Source: Kofleriaceae bacterium (GTDB taxonomy: Bacteria > Myxococcota_A > Polyangia > Haliangiales > Haliangiaceae). From it: a stretch of DNA of 31,732 bases. Positions 9,221 through 18,823 of this stretch are shown piece after piece (position 1 is the stretch's first letter; every line of letters begins with the position of its first letter). The position numbers were made by a program, and so were the translations under genes. Location: positions 1-31,732 of the forward strand of contig JBKJLC010000114.1 of assembly GCA_046597055.1 (NCBI GenBank), read 5' to 3'. Below the pieces are notes generated by a model that did not search any database, had not been told where the DNA came from, and saw nothing but the letters and a program-made list of their open reading frames with translations.

Positions 9221-9531
9221 GTCGTCAATGACAGCCATACTCGGGCGCGCCCGCCGAGGGTGAGCTTCGGCAGAGTCGCGCCACGTCGGGCAACGTCGGG
9301 CACGGAGCCGCCGAGGCGGGCCATGCTCGCGGCGCATGTCGCTCACCCGCCTGCTCACGCGCGCCGAGGCCACCAGCTATCGAGCATAAGGCGGACAAAG
9401 GCGATACCGCTGTCGCGACCGAGCGACCGGCGAGCTCGGGTGATGGGGACGTCGATGAAGCGCAGCGGCTCGCGTCAGGCGGCTCACGATCCTGACCCCG
9501 CCCCTGGGGCTGCGGGCGGCGCCGGCGCGAC

Positions 9532-9729
9532 GTGACCGAGCTGGTGAACGAGGCAATGACCCTGATGTGGCCGCTTGCGGACGCGAAACGGATCGCAGTC
9601 GCGGTGGACGTGCCGGAGGTGTCGGTCGAGGCGGACCCCGAGCGCCTCTTCCAGGTGTTCGCCAACCTGATGGGTAACGCGATCAAGTTCACGCCGCCGG
9701 AGGGCACCATCGCTTCGGCGGCGGGCTAA
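9532..9729 (+). pseudogene. Sensor histidine kinase HATPase_c fragment
   Basis: ADPERLFQVFANLMGNAIKFTPPEGTI (N-box). Lacks the H-box and G1/F/G2 boxes and stops where a repeat array begins. Confidence 0.8.
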
Positions 9730-9732
9730 CGC

Positions 9733-9824
9733 GGATCCAGCTGGCGGCGGGATACCGAGCCACTTGGCCGCGTGATTCGGATGGCGGCGGCGGCGGGATA
9801 CGGATCCACCTGGCCGCGGACTTC
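9733..9824 (+). repeat. Four tandem degenerate 23-bp direct repeats
   Basis: GGATCCAGCTGGCGGCGGGATAC / CGAGCCACTTGGCCGCGTGATTC / GGATGGCGGCGGCGGCGGGATAC / GGATCCACCTGGCCGCGGACTTC. Confidence 0.7.
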
Positions 9825-9917
9825 CAGCTCAGCTCACGCGGGTCAGCGCGGTGGGCACAAGATCTGCGTCACCTTCACCCGGTCCGCCGATGGGCGGCGC
9901 AATCGGAACAGGGTCGC

Positions 9918-9933
9918 GTTGCCACGTGGCAAC
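9918..9933. promoter_or_regulatory. Perfect 16-bp palindrome, candidate protein-binding site
   Basis: GTTGCCACGTGGCAAC is its own reverse complement. Confidence 0.45.
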
Positions 9934-10042
9934 CGTCGGTGCTGCCGGCTGGCCGGACATCGAGGGTGATGGCCGGTCGCGCCCGCGGGCCCGAGATCAC
10001 GTGCCCGACGTGGAGAACCAGAGGAGCCTTCGCTCGCCCTGA

Positions 10043-10137
10043 GCGTCAAGGCTTCCCTCGCTACGCGAGGCGCTTCGCGGCCTTGACGCCGGGCTCGCTG
10101 CGGCTGGGCAGCAACAACGAGGGCCGGCGGCCCTCCT
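10043..10137. other. Branched stem-loop structure
   Basis: GCGTCAAGGC(10043-52)...GCCTTGACGC(10080-89) encloses CCTCGC-TAC-GCGAGG and CGC-TTC-GCG hairpins. A GAGGGCC-GGC-GGCCCTC hairpin follows. Confidence 0.55.
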
Positions 10138-10260
10138 CGTTTCACTTCGTTGCCGGTCGGCAGCCCGAACGCCAGGGCCAGGGGCCCGCGACCAGGAGGG
10201 TCGATGCCCCTTGGTTGACGGGACCGCAGCACCGACCGCCGTCGAAAGTGCGCCAGCTGG

Positions 10261-10869
10261 TCACGCTCCGTGGAAGAACACCCCAGCCAGGACGGGGGAC
10301 CACCCGCGGTGCTGGAGCTGCTCGGACGGCGGAACGCCATCGCCCGGTCCCGGCAGGAGCGTCGCGATCGGCAGGTCGAGGCTCTCGCCGGAGACGATCG
10401 TCTCGGTGGCGCCGTCGGGCCGGCGTACGAGCGCGAGCTGCACGCCATCCCATCCGTATCGGGTCACCGCGCCGGTTGCTAGGTTGGTCTCGGCAACGAC
10501 GCGGCCGAGCGCGTCGCGCTGGTAGCGCCGGCCGTCGACGCCCGCGGCGCTGGGGCGAACCGTCATGAGGTAGCCCAGGGCGTCGTACGCGTACGTCGCG
10601 GCGTCGTCCTGGGTGAGCGCGCCCCGCGCGTCCTGCGGCGTGGCGAGGCCGTCGACCGCCGTGAGGCTGTCGCGCGCGTCGCGCGCGAAGCTCGTGACCC
10701 GCGGGGTACCGTTGCTCCCGAGGGCCGTGCGTGACGTCCAGTTGTTGCGGCCGTCGAGGGCCCAGGTCGTGCGGCCCGTCGTCATCGCCGCCGTGGCCGT
10801 CGCGGTCGCCGCGGGCGCCGCGTCGAACGCGTCGAGCCGATGCGATGACTCGCCTTGGGCGAACCGCAT
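10261..10869 (-). pseudogene. Rhs/YD-repeat core fragment
   Basis: WALDGRNNW, YAYDALGYL, YQRDALGRVV and RYGWDG YD-type repeats. No N-terminus, no DPxG core end and no toxin tip. Confidence 0.8.
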
Positions 10870-10947
10870 GGCGTCGTCAAAATGCGCCGCGTGTCATCGG
10901 CGCCCACGCGACGGAGCCGTCTCTGACGACACCGGGGTCGGCGCCCG

Positions 10948-10982
10948 CAACGTTGCGCTCTACGTTGCCGAGCGCAACGTTG
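10948..10982. repeat. Perfect 13-bp inverted repeat
   Basis: CAACGTTGCGCTC-TACGTTGCC-GAGCGCAACGTTG; ACGTTG occurs three times. Confidence 0.7.
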
Positions 10983-11024
10983 ACCAGACGCAAGCCCGAC
11001 CGGGCCGGTTATCCCCTCAGCGTT

Positions 11025-11190
11025 TCAGAACGGAACCGAGTCGTCCTCCGCGTCCCGCCGCCTGCTCACGCCCAGCACGTTGTCGCGCGGCTTGAGCTTC
11101 CGAATCAGCTCGGCCTGCGCGGCGAGCACCGCGCCGGTGTCCGGCCGGGTGATCCGGACCGCGACCTCGCACACCTCGCGGTCGTAGGCG
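11025..11190 (-). pseudogene. C-terminal fragment, possibly GIY-YIG-like nuclease
   Basis: YDREVCEVAVRIT...AQAELIRKLKPRDN...DDSVPF resembles the GIY-YIG E..LI..L.P..N tail. N-terminus absent. Confidence 0.45.
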
Positions 11191-11500
11191 ACGGCCGCCG
11201 TCGAGAACAAGTACGCCGGCCGCCCGGTCGCGGACGGGATCCGCGCCCCGGTCGAGGCCCAGCTCGGCACCGGCCTCTCCGCGGCGCGCGTCCACGACGA
11301 TCCGCTGGCCCAGGAGGCGAGCGCCGCGATGGGCGCGCGTGCCTTCGCGCACGGGACCGACGTCTTCCGCGGAGCCGGCGAGAGCGACGGCGATCTCGGG
11401 CTCATGGCCCACGAGCTCACGCACGTCGCGCAGCAGGGTGCGGCCGGCGCACGCACGCCACAGCGCCAGGTGCAGGTCGGCGATGCGAACAGTCCCGCCT
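11188..11500 (+). pseudogene. DUF4157 (eCIS core, HExxH) domain fragment
   Basis: RAPVEAQLGTGLSAARVHDD...AMGARAFAHGTDVF...LMAHELTHVAQQ. Homology begins right after an in-frame TAG (11185-87), upstream of any start codon. Confidence 0.85.
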
Positions 11501-11559
11501 GCCATACCGCCGCACCGGGTCGAGCGAGTTCCGCGGCATCTCGGGGCGGCCCGGGTCGC

Positions 11560-11895
11560 CTCCGTCGGCGGGAGCCTGTTGCTGCTGGGGTCGCAGGGGC
11601 GATGGGGGCCTCCGTGGCGTACGGCGTCGATCGACGTGAGGTCACCGGGCTCGTCACGGGTGGCCCGTTCGCCCTGGTTCGCAACCCGGTCTTCTCGGCG
11701 ATGCTGGTGTCGGCCGCCGGCGTCGTCTTGCTGCTGCCGGACCGCGCGGCGATCGGCGCCTACGCGTGCCTGCTGGTGGCGATCGAGCTCCAGGTTCGAT
11801 ACGCCCAGGAGCCGTACTTGGTGGCGACCCACGGCGAGAGCTCCCTCGACTACACGCGGCAGGTGGGACGGTTCGTCCCCGGTCTCGGCCGCACC
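11560..11895 (+). pseudogene. Isoprenylcysteine carboxyl methyltransferase (ICMT/PEMT) family fragment
   Basis: AMGAS....VD...TGLVTGGPFALVRNPVFSAM...ELQVRY.QEPYL...HG...DY...VGRFVPGLGR. Frameshifted at the 5' side; N-terminal TMs missing. Confidence 0.8.
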
Positions 11896-11975
11896 CTCAG
11901 GATCCAGCACCGGTTCCACCCGCGCGCCGGCTCGGGAGCACCGAAAAACGATGACGCTCTCGATCGGTGAGTGCC

Positions 11976-12389
11976 TCAGCCCGGTGCGCTGGGCAGCCGC
12001 GCAACCCGCTGGAGCGTGGCCAGCCCGTCGTCGGTGCCAGGCCAGTGGCGCCGGATCGCGTCGATGCCAGCGCGACGGACGACCGAGCGCAGCACCGCGG
12101 CGACGATGATGGCGTCGTCGGCGTAGCCGATCACCGGGATGAAGTCGGGGATGAGATCGAACGGCATGGCGAGATAGCCGAACAGGAGCCAGAGGCGGAC
12201 CCGCACCCCGCGCGGCAGCGTGCGGTCGGTGGCCAGGCGACGAAGCAGTCGGAGCGTGTCGGGGAGGATCCGGATCGCCTCCTTGAGGACGGAGCCCTTC
12301 GGACGGACCAGCAGGAGGGCCACGACCAGCACGAGCCACGTCGCGCCAAGCCCGATCCCGATGCCGATGAGGGTTCGCCAGAGCATCAT
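11976..12389 (-). CDS. YkvA/DUF1232 family membrane protein
   Basis: YLAMPFDLIPDFIPVIGYADD signature. Confidence 0.92.
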   Translation of the reverse strand: MMLWRTLIGIGIGLGATWLVLVVALLLVRPKGSVLKEAIRILPDTLRLLRRLATDRTLPRGVRVRLWLLFGYLAMPFDLIPDFIPVIGYADDAIIVAAVLRSVVRRAGIDAIRRHWPGTDDGLATLQRVARLPSAPG

Positions 12390-12409
12390 GCCGTCCAAGC
12401 CGGGTCCAG

Positions 12410-13626
<1,217 letters not shown>

Positions 13627-13630
<4 letters not shown>

Positions 13631-14730
13631 TCGACCCCGCCGATCTTCTCGACCTGCAGCCGTGACGGCTGGCTGTCGTTGGCCCACGGCTGGATGCTGA
13701 TGGTGACGCCCTCGAGGCGCTGGCCCAGGCGCTCCATCACACGCTCGACCGGCTGGGCGCGGAACGCGTCGATCTCGGCGCGCCGGGTGGTGTACTGGGC
13801 ATCGAGCTGGCCGGTCAGCTCCTGCGCGGTCTGGCGGGCGGCCGACAGCGCGGCCTGACCGCCGGCGATCTTCTCGATCTTGTAGGTGTCGACCTGGCGC
13901 CGGGTCTGGGTCTGGGTCGCGACCGTGGTGGCCAGGTCGGTCTCGAGCGCGGCCCGCTTCTCCTGCATCGTCTTGTTCTGATCGCGATCGACCTCGGCCA
14001 GGCGGCGGGCGCGGTCGGTGGCAGCGCGCTGCAGGTTGGAGTCGATCACCGACAGCTCGTTGGAGGCCTGGTTGCGCGCCTCGATCAGGTTCTCGTACTC
14101 GTCGGAGAAGCGCGGGCGCGGCGTCACGATGCTGGTCACCTCGATGCCGTGCTTGGTCAGGAGCAGGTTCATGCCCTTGCGCGCCCGCTCGGTCGCCTGG
14201 CTGAACGTGGTCGGGTTCGACACGCTGATGGTCGACTCGCGGCCGAATTCGTCGCGCAGGATCGAGCGAGCGTACGGCGACATCCACATCCAGTAGCGGT
14301 GGCCGGTGCCGGCGTCGGCGATCACCTGGGCCCCGCCGCCCGGGATCACCTTGAACAAGATCGTGGTGTCGTTGAAGACGAAGTTCGAGCCGTCCGAGGC
14401 CCGGACGGTCAGCTCGCCGACGTTGAGCTCGTCGAGCTCCTTGTCGCCCTTCATGTGGAAGGTCTGCGGGCTGGCGTCGACCACGTGCACCGACTGGATG
14501 CCGAACGGCAGCCGCATGATCAGGCCGGGCTGGGTGATGGTCTCCACGGTGCCGGTGACGTTGTTGACCCGGACCGCGACGTAGCCGGGCTCGAGCGTCA
14601 CGCACGCCCGGAACGCGACCAGGAGCAGCGCGACCGCGGCCGCGACCGGCCAGAGCCGCGAGGCTCCGCCGCCCGTCACCTTGCCCAGCGCTGCGCGCAC
14701 CTGATCGCCCACATCGTCGGCTTTACTCAT
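13627..14730 (-). CDS. SPFH (band 7) domain protein with coiled-coil extension
   Basis: [23 protein letters not shown]...[19 protein letters not shown]; coiled coil. Confidence 0.9.
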
Positions 14731-14804
14731 GAGACCTCCCGGCCCGGAGCTTATCGGACCGACGGCCGCGACGCGAGGCGGCCGCCGTGCGAGGTTCGCA
14801 ACCG

Positions 14805-15656
14805 ATGCTCGGGTCGCGACACCTCCTCACCGCCGGTCCCCTCGTCACCGTCCTGCTGCTCGCGGTGCTCGCGTGCAGCTCGCGCCCCGCGCCCGGCGGC
14901 CGCGATGGCGCGGTCGTGGTGACCGACGCCGCCGCGCCGGTCGACGCCCCCCCGCCGGTCGACGCCGGGCCCCCGATCGATGCCGGCCCGGCGACCCGCG
15001 AGCTGCGCCCGGCGGTCGAGACCTTCTTCACCCGGCTGGGTGCCCGCGAGCCCGGCGCGATCTGGACCGACGCCCATCCGTCGTTCCGCGCGGGCGAGGA
15101 TCGTCGCCGCGCCGAGCGCATGATGCGGCTCCTGGTCGAGCCGCTCGGCCGCTTCCAGGCGATCGCCGAGCTGCGCACCCAGGCCGGCAAGCAGCCGGGC
15201 GAGAACGCGGCCCTCGGTACGGCGAAGTTCGAGCGCGGCGTCGCGAGCTACCAGGTGGTCTTCCGCGACGACGGCGACGTGCCGCGGCTCCTCTTCTTCA
15301 ACATCGACCTGCCGAAGGAGCTGATCGAGACGCCGGCCCAGGCCCGGGTGCTGGTCGATCGCGCGATGGGCGCGCTCCTGTCCGGCAACCTGGAGAAGCT
15401 CCGACCGTTCGCGCATCCGGCGCTCGACGAGAAGCTCGACGCCGCCCAGGCCCGCGAGCTGAAGGACCTGCTCGCGAAGCTCGGCAAGGCCACGCAGATC
15501 GAGCTGGTGTCGCAGGCCGAGTGCCCCGGGCAGGGCCACGGCCAGTGCTTCGTCTTGACCGTCACCGGCGTCAAGCAGCGCGCGACCGCGACGTTCCGGC
15601 TGACCAAGGTGTTCGGGCGCTGGCTCGTGCTGTCGTTCGATCTCGAGCTGGCGTGA
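14805..15656 (+). CDS. Hypothetical lipoprotein with two small alpha/beta repeats
   Basis: LLAVLAC lipobox; DAAAPVDA linker; two HP.....LG repeats (DUF3887/DUF4019-like by eye). Confidence 0.75.
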   Translation: MLGSRHLLTAGPLVTVLLLAVLACSSRPAPGGRDGAVVVTDAAAPVDAPPPVDAGPPIDAGPATRELRPAVETFFTRLGAREPGAIWTDAHPSFRAGEDRRRAERMMRLLVEPLGRFQAIAELRTQAGKQPGENAALGTAKFERGVASYQVVFRDDGDVPRLLFFNIDLPKELIETPAQARVLVDRAMGALLSGNLEKLRPFAHPALDEKLDAAQARELKDLLAKLGKATQIELVSQAECPGQGHGQCFVLTVTGVKQRATATFRLTKVFGRWLVLSFDLELA

Positions 15657-16843
15657 TCGCGGCGCGCATCCGCGCGCTGCGCGGCGAGTTGCCCGACGCC
15701 TACTGGGTGGTGTGGATCGGCACGCTGGTCAACCGGATCGGCGGCTTCGTGATGCCGCTGCTCACGTTCTACCTGACCGGCGAGCGCGGCCTGTCGATCG
15801 GCACCGCCGGCGTGATCGTCGCGCTGTTCGGGGTCGGCGGGGTCGGCGCCGCGCTGGTCGGCGGCGTGCTGGCCGACCGGGTCGGGCGGCGGGCCACGAT
15901 GGTCGTCTCGCTGTTCGGCGGCGGCGCGCTCATGGCCACGCTCGGGTTCGTGCGCGGCGAGCTCGCGATCGGCGCGGTCACGCTCGCGCTCGGGTTCACC
16001 GGCGAGCTGTACCGGCCGGCGGTGATGGCGTTCATCGGCGACGTGGTGCCGGCCGCGCACCGGCTGCGCGCCTACGCGCTCCTGTTCTGGGTGATCAACC
16101 TGTCGTTCGCGGTCGCCGCCGTCGTCGGTGGGCTGCTGTCGCGGTGGTCGTTCACCGCGCTGTTCCTGATCGATGCCGCGACCATGATCGGCTACGGCCT
16201 CATCGTGCTGACCCGGCTGCCCGAGACCCGGCCGGCGCGGGTCGCCGACGGCGCGCCCGCGATCGGCCTCGGCCACGTCCTCGCCGATCGCACCTTCATG
16301 ACGGTGTGGGCGCTGTCGTTCGGCATGGCGCTGATCTTCTTCCAGGCCTCGGTGTCGCTGTCGGCGCACCTGGCCAGCCAGGGCCACGACCAGGCCGTGT
16401 ACGGCGCGCTGATGGCGGTCAACGGCGTCGTGATCGTCGTGCTGCAGCCGATCGTCTCGTCGCGGCTCGGGTCGCGCGCGCCGTCGCGGGTGCTGGCGCT
16501 GGCCGCGCTGCTCACCGGCGCCGGCTTCGCGCTCCACGGCGTGAGCGCGCTGCTGGCGCTCCACGTGGTCGCGGTGGTGGTGTGGACGGTCGGCGAGATC
16601 CTGGCCGCGCCCACCCACTCGGCCCTGGTCGCGCACCTGTCGCCGCCCGAGGCCCGCGGCCGCTACCAGGGGATGTTCGGCATGTCGTGGGGTGCGGCGT
16701 CGGCGATCGGCCCGCTCGGCGGGGGCGCGCTGGTCGACGCCGCCGGCGCCCCGGCGCTGTGGGGCGGCTGCCTCGGCCTGGGCGCCGCGGTTGCCGTGGG
16801 TTACCTGGTCACCGCCGCCGGTCGCCGCGCGCGCGGCGGGTAG
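15653..16843 (+). CDS. MFS transporter
   Basis: GTG overlaps the upstream TGA; MFS motif A GGVLADRVGRR; about 12 TMs; P..RGRYQG. Confidence 0.93.
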   Translation: MIAARIRALRGELPDAYWVVWIGTLVNRIGGFVMPLLTFYLTGERGLSIGTAGVIVALFGVGGVGAALVGGVLADRVGRRATMVVSLFGGGALMATLGFVRGELAIGAVTLALGFTGELYRPAVMAFIGDVVPAAHRLRAYALLFWVINLSFAVAAVVGGLLSRWSFTALFLIDAATMIGYGLIVLTRLPETRPARVADGAPAIGLGHVLADRTFMTVWALSFGMALIFFQASVSLSAHLASQGHDQAVYGALMAVNGVVIVVLQPIVSSRLGSRAPSRVLALAALLTGAGFALHGVSALLALHVVAVVVWTVGEILAAPTHSALVAHLSPPEARGRYQGMFGMSWGAASAIGPLGGGALVDAAGAPALWGGCLGLGAAVAVGYLVTAAGRRARGG

Positions 16844-16863
16844 GCTCCGGGTATCATCAGCGG

Positions 16864-18141
16864 ATGCCGTCGTTCCTGCGCCGGGGCTTCGAGCGCCTGG
16901 TGCGTACCTTTCCCGCCGACGAGGTGACCTCGATCGGCCCCGAGGCCGATCCCGCCGCCGCCGGCCTCGCGTCCGCCGACATCGACGCGATCTGGAAGGC
17001 CGCGGTCGCCGCCTACGACACCGGGCTCTACCCGGCGCTCGCGCTGTGCGTCCGGCGCCGCGGCGTGGTCGCGATCGATCGCGCGATCGGCCACGCCTCG
17101 GGCAACGCGCCCGACGACCGCCCCGACGCCCACAAGGTGCGGGCCCGCCACGACGGCCTGTTCGGCATGTTCTCGGCCTCGAAGATGGTGACCGCGATGC
17201 TGGTCCACCTGCTCGAGGAGCGCCACCTGGTTCACCTCGACGACCCGGTCGCCTTTTACGTCCCCGAGTTCGGTCGCAAGGGCAAGCACCACATCACGCT
17301 GCGCCACGTGCTCACCCACCGCGCCGGCATCCCGCGCATCCCGCCCGACCTCATCGATCCCAACCTGCTCGCCCACCCCGAGCAGATCCTCGAGCTGCTG
17401 TGCGATCAAGCGCCGACCTGGCGCGCCGGCCGCAAGCTCGGGTACCACGCGCTGACCGGCGGGTTCGTGCTCGGCGCGGTGATCGAGCGGGTCACGGGCA
17501 AGAACGTGCGCCAGCTGCTCGCCGACGAGGTCCTGACCCCGCTCGGCTTTACCGCCTTCAACTTCGGCGTGCCGCCGGCCCGCCTGCGCGACGTCGCCCA
17601 GAACGCGTTCTCCGGCCCCCCGGTGCTGCCACCCTTGTCGACCTTCTTCAAGCGCGTGCTGTCGGTGAGCTTCGAGGAAGCCGTCCGGCTCTCCAACGAT
17701 CCGCGCTTTCTCACCGCGGTGATCCCGGCCGGCAACATCTGCAGCAGCGCGGGCGAGGCCGCGCGCTTCATGCAGCTGCTCCTCGACGGCGGCACGCTCG
17801 ACGGCGTGCGCGTGTTCGAGCCGCGGACGATCCTGCGCGCGGTCGCCGAGCAGAGCTACCTCGAGGTCGACCTCACGCTGGGCGCGCCGGTGCGCTACGG
17901 GATGGGCTTCATGCTCGGCGCCAAGGTCGCCAGCGTGTACGGGCTCGACACCCCGCGCGCGTTCGGCCACCTCGGCTTCACCAACGTGTTCGTCTGGGCC
18001 GATCCCGACCGCGACGTCGCCGCGGCGCTCATGACCACGGGAAAACCCGCCCTGGCGCCGGCGGTCGCGCGCACATGGTGGCTGTTGTCGACGATCGCGC
18101 GGCGTATCCCACGCGATGCAAGTCGCCGTAACCCGCGCTGA
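16864..18141 (+). CDS. Serine hydrolase, beta-lactamase-like (family VIII esterase)
   Basis: FSASK (SxxK), LDDPV..Y.PEF, LTHRAG, YHALTGG, AFGHLGF. Confidence 0.93.
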   Translation: MPSFLRRGFERLVRTFPADEVTSIGPEADPAAAGLASADIDAIWKAAVAAYDTGLYPALALCVRRRGVVAIDRAIGHASGNAPDDRPDAHKVRARHDGLFGMFSASKMVTAMLVHLLEERHLVHLDDPVAFYVPEFGRKGKHHITLRHVLTHRAGIPRIPPDLIDPNLLAHPEQILELLCDQAPTWRAGRKLGYHALTGGFVLGAVIERVTGKNVRQLLADEVLTPLGFTAFNFGVPPARLRDVAQNAFSGPPVLPPLSTFFKRVLSVSFEEAVRLSNDPRFLTAVIPAGNICSSAGEAARFMQLLLDGGTLDGVRVFEPRTILRAVAEQSYLEVDLTLGAPVRYGMGFMLGAKVASVYGLDTPRAFGHLGFTNVFVWADPDRDVAAALMTTGKPALAPAVARTWWLLSTIARRIPRDASRRNPR

Positions 18142-18267
18142 TCGCCGTCACGCCCACCGTACCCACACGGTGCGATGACGCGGTCGCACGTGATGCAGAC
18201 ACTGTTCAGGGAGGCACCCGAGAGGGGTGATGGACCGCTGGCAGCGTCAGGCATAGGATGGGTGCCA

Positions 18268-18750
18268 GTGAGCTCCGACGACACTCGTTATACGTTCGTG
18301 ACGAAGCGGTTCAAGTCCACTGGCTCGTCGGCCTCGCCCCCAGCGTCATCGCCCCGGCCGGTGCCGCCCACGAACCGCGAGCCGATCCCGCCCGACCGCA
18401 TCGCCAGCGGCAGCAAGACGATCCCGCTCAGCGGCCTGCGCGAGCAGCTCGCCGCTCGCGCACGCACCCCCACCGGCGAGGCGCCCAGCCACGGGGCGAT
18501 CTCTCGCGCGCGCACCCGCGACATACCGCTCGACACCGAGACCCGGGCCCGCCTGCGCGGTGAGCTGCAGGCGGACCGCACCGGCCGCGGTGGTGCCCCC
18601 GCGCTCGGCTTCGGCGGCACCGACGTGCTGGTCGAGAACGTCGACGACGAGCGGGTCGCGATCGTGCTCCCGGGCGCGCTGCGCATGGCCGGCACCCGCG
18701 CCGAGGCGCTGGCGCTGGCCGCCGCCCTGGTTCGCGCAGCGACCCGGTAG
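18268..18750 (+). CDS. Hypothetical protein
   Basis: In-frame GTG 8 nt after a TGGACC-17-TAGGAT promoter-like element; GC-type codon usage downstream. Start could be further upstream (18175 or 18193). Confidence 0.65.
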   Translation: MSSDDTRYTFVTKRFKSTGSSASPPASSPRPVPPTNREPIPPDRIASGSKTIPLSGLREQLAARARTPTGEAPSHGAISRARTRDIPLDTETRARLRGELQADRTGRGGAPALGFGGTDVLVENVDDERVAIVLPGALRMAGTRAEALALAAALVRAATR

Positions 18751-18823
18751 CCCGCGCCGGGCGCTGACGGGCGCGCGGGGCCCTCAGGTCGACCCGGTGC
18801 GCCGCGCCGACCGCGCCCGGACG

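Noticed and set aside
9733..9890. Frameshifted G2 box of the histidine kinase (GGGGIRIHLA)
   Set aside because: Better explained by the 23-bp nucleotide repeat, whose period is not a multiple of three.
9918..9933. Canonical chromosomal parS
   Set aside because: Flanks of the CACGTG core differ from TGTTY/RAACA, there is a single copy, and no origin genes are nearby.
8101..11975. Integron cassette array or intact prophage/ICE
   Set aside because: No integrase, no regular attC-like repeats between the fragments, and the fragments are truncated and in mixed orientation.
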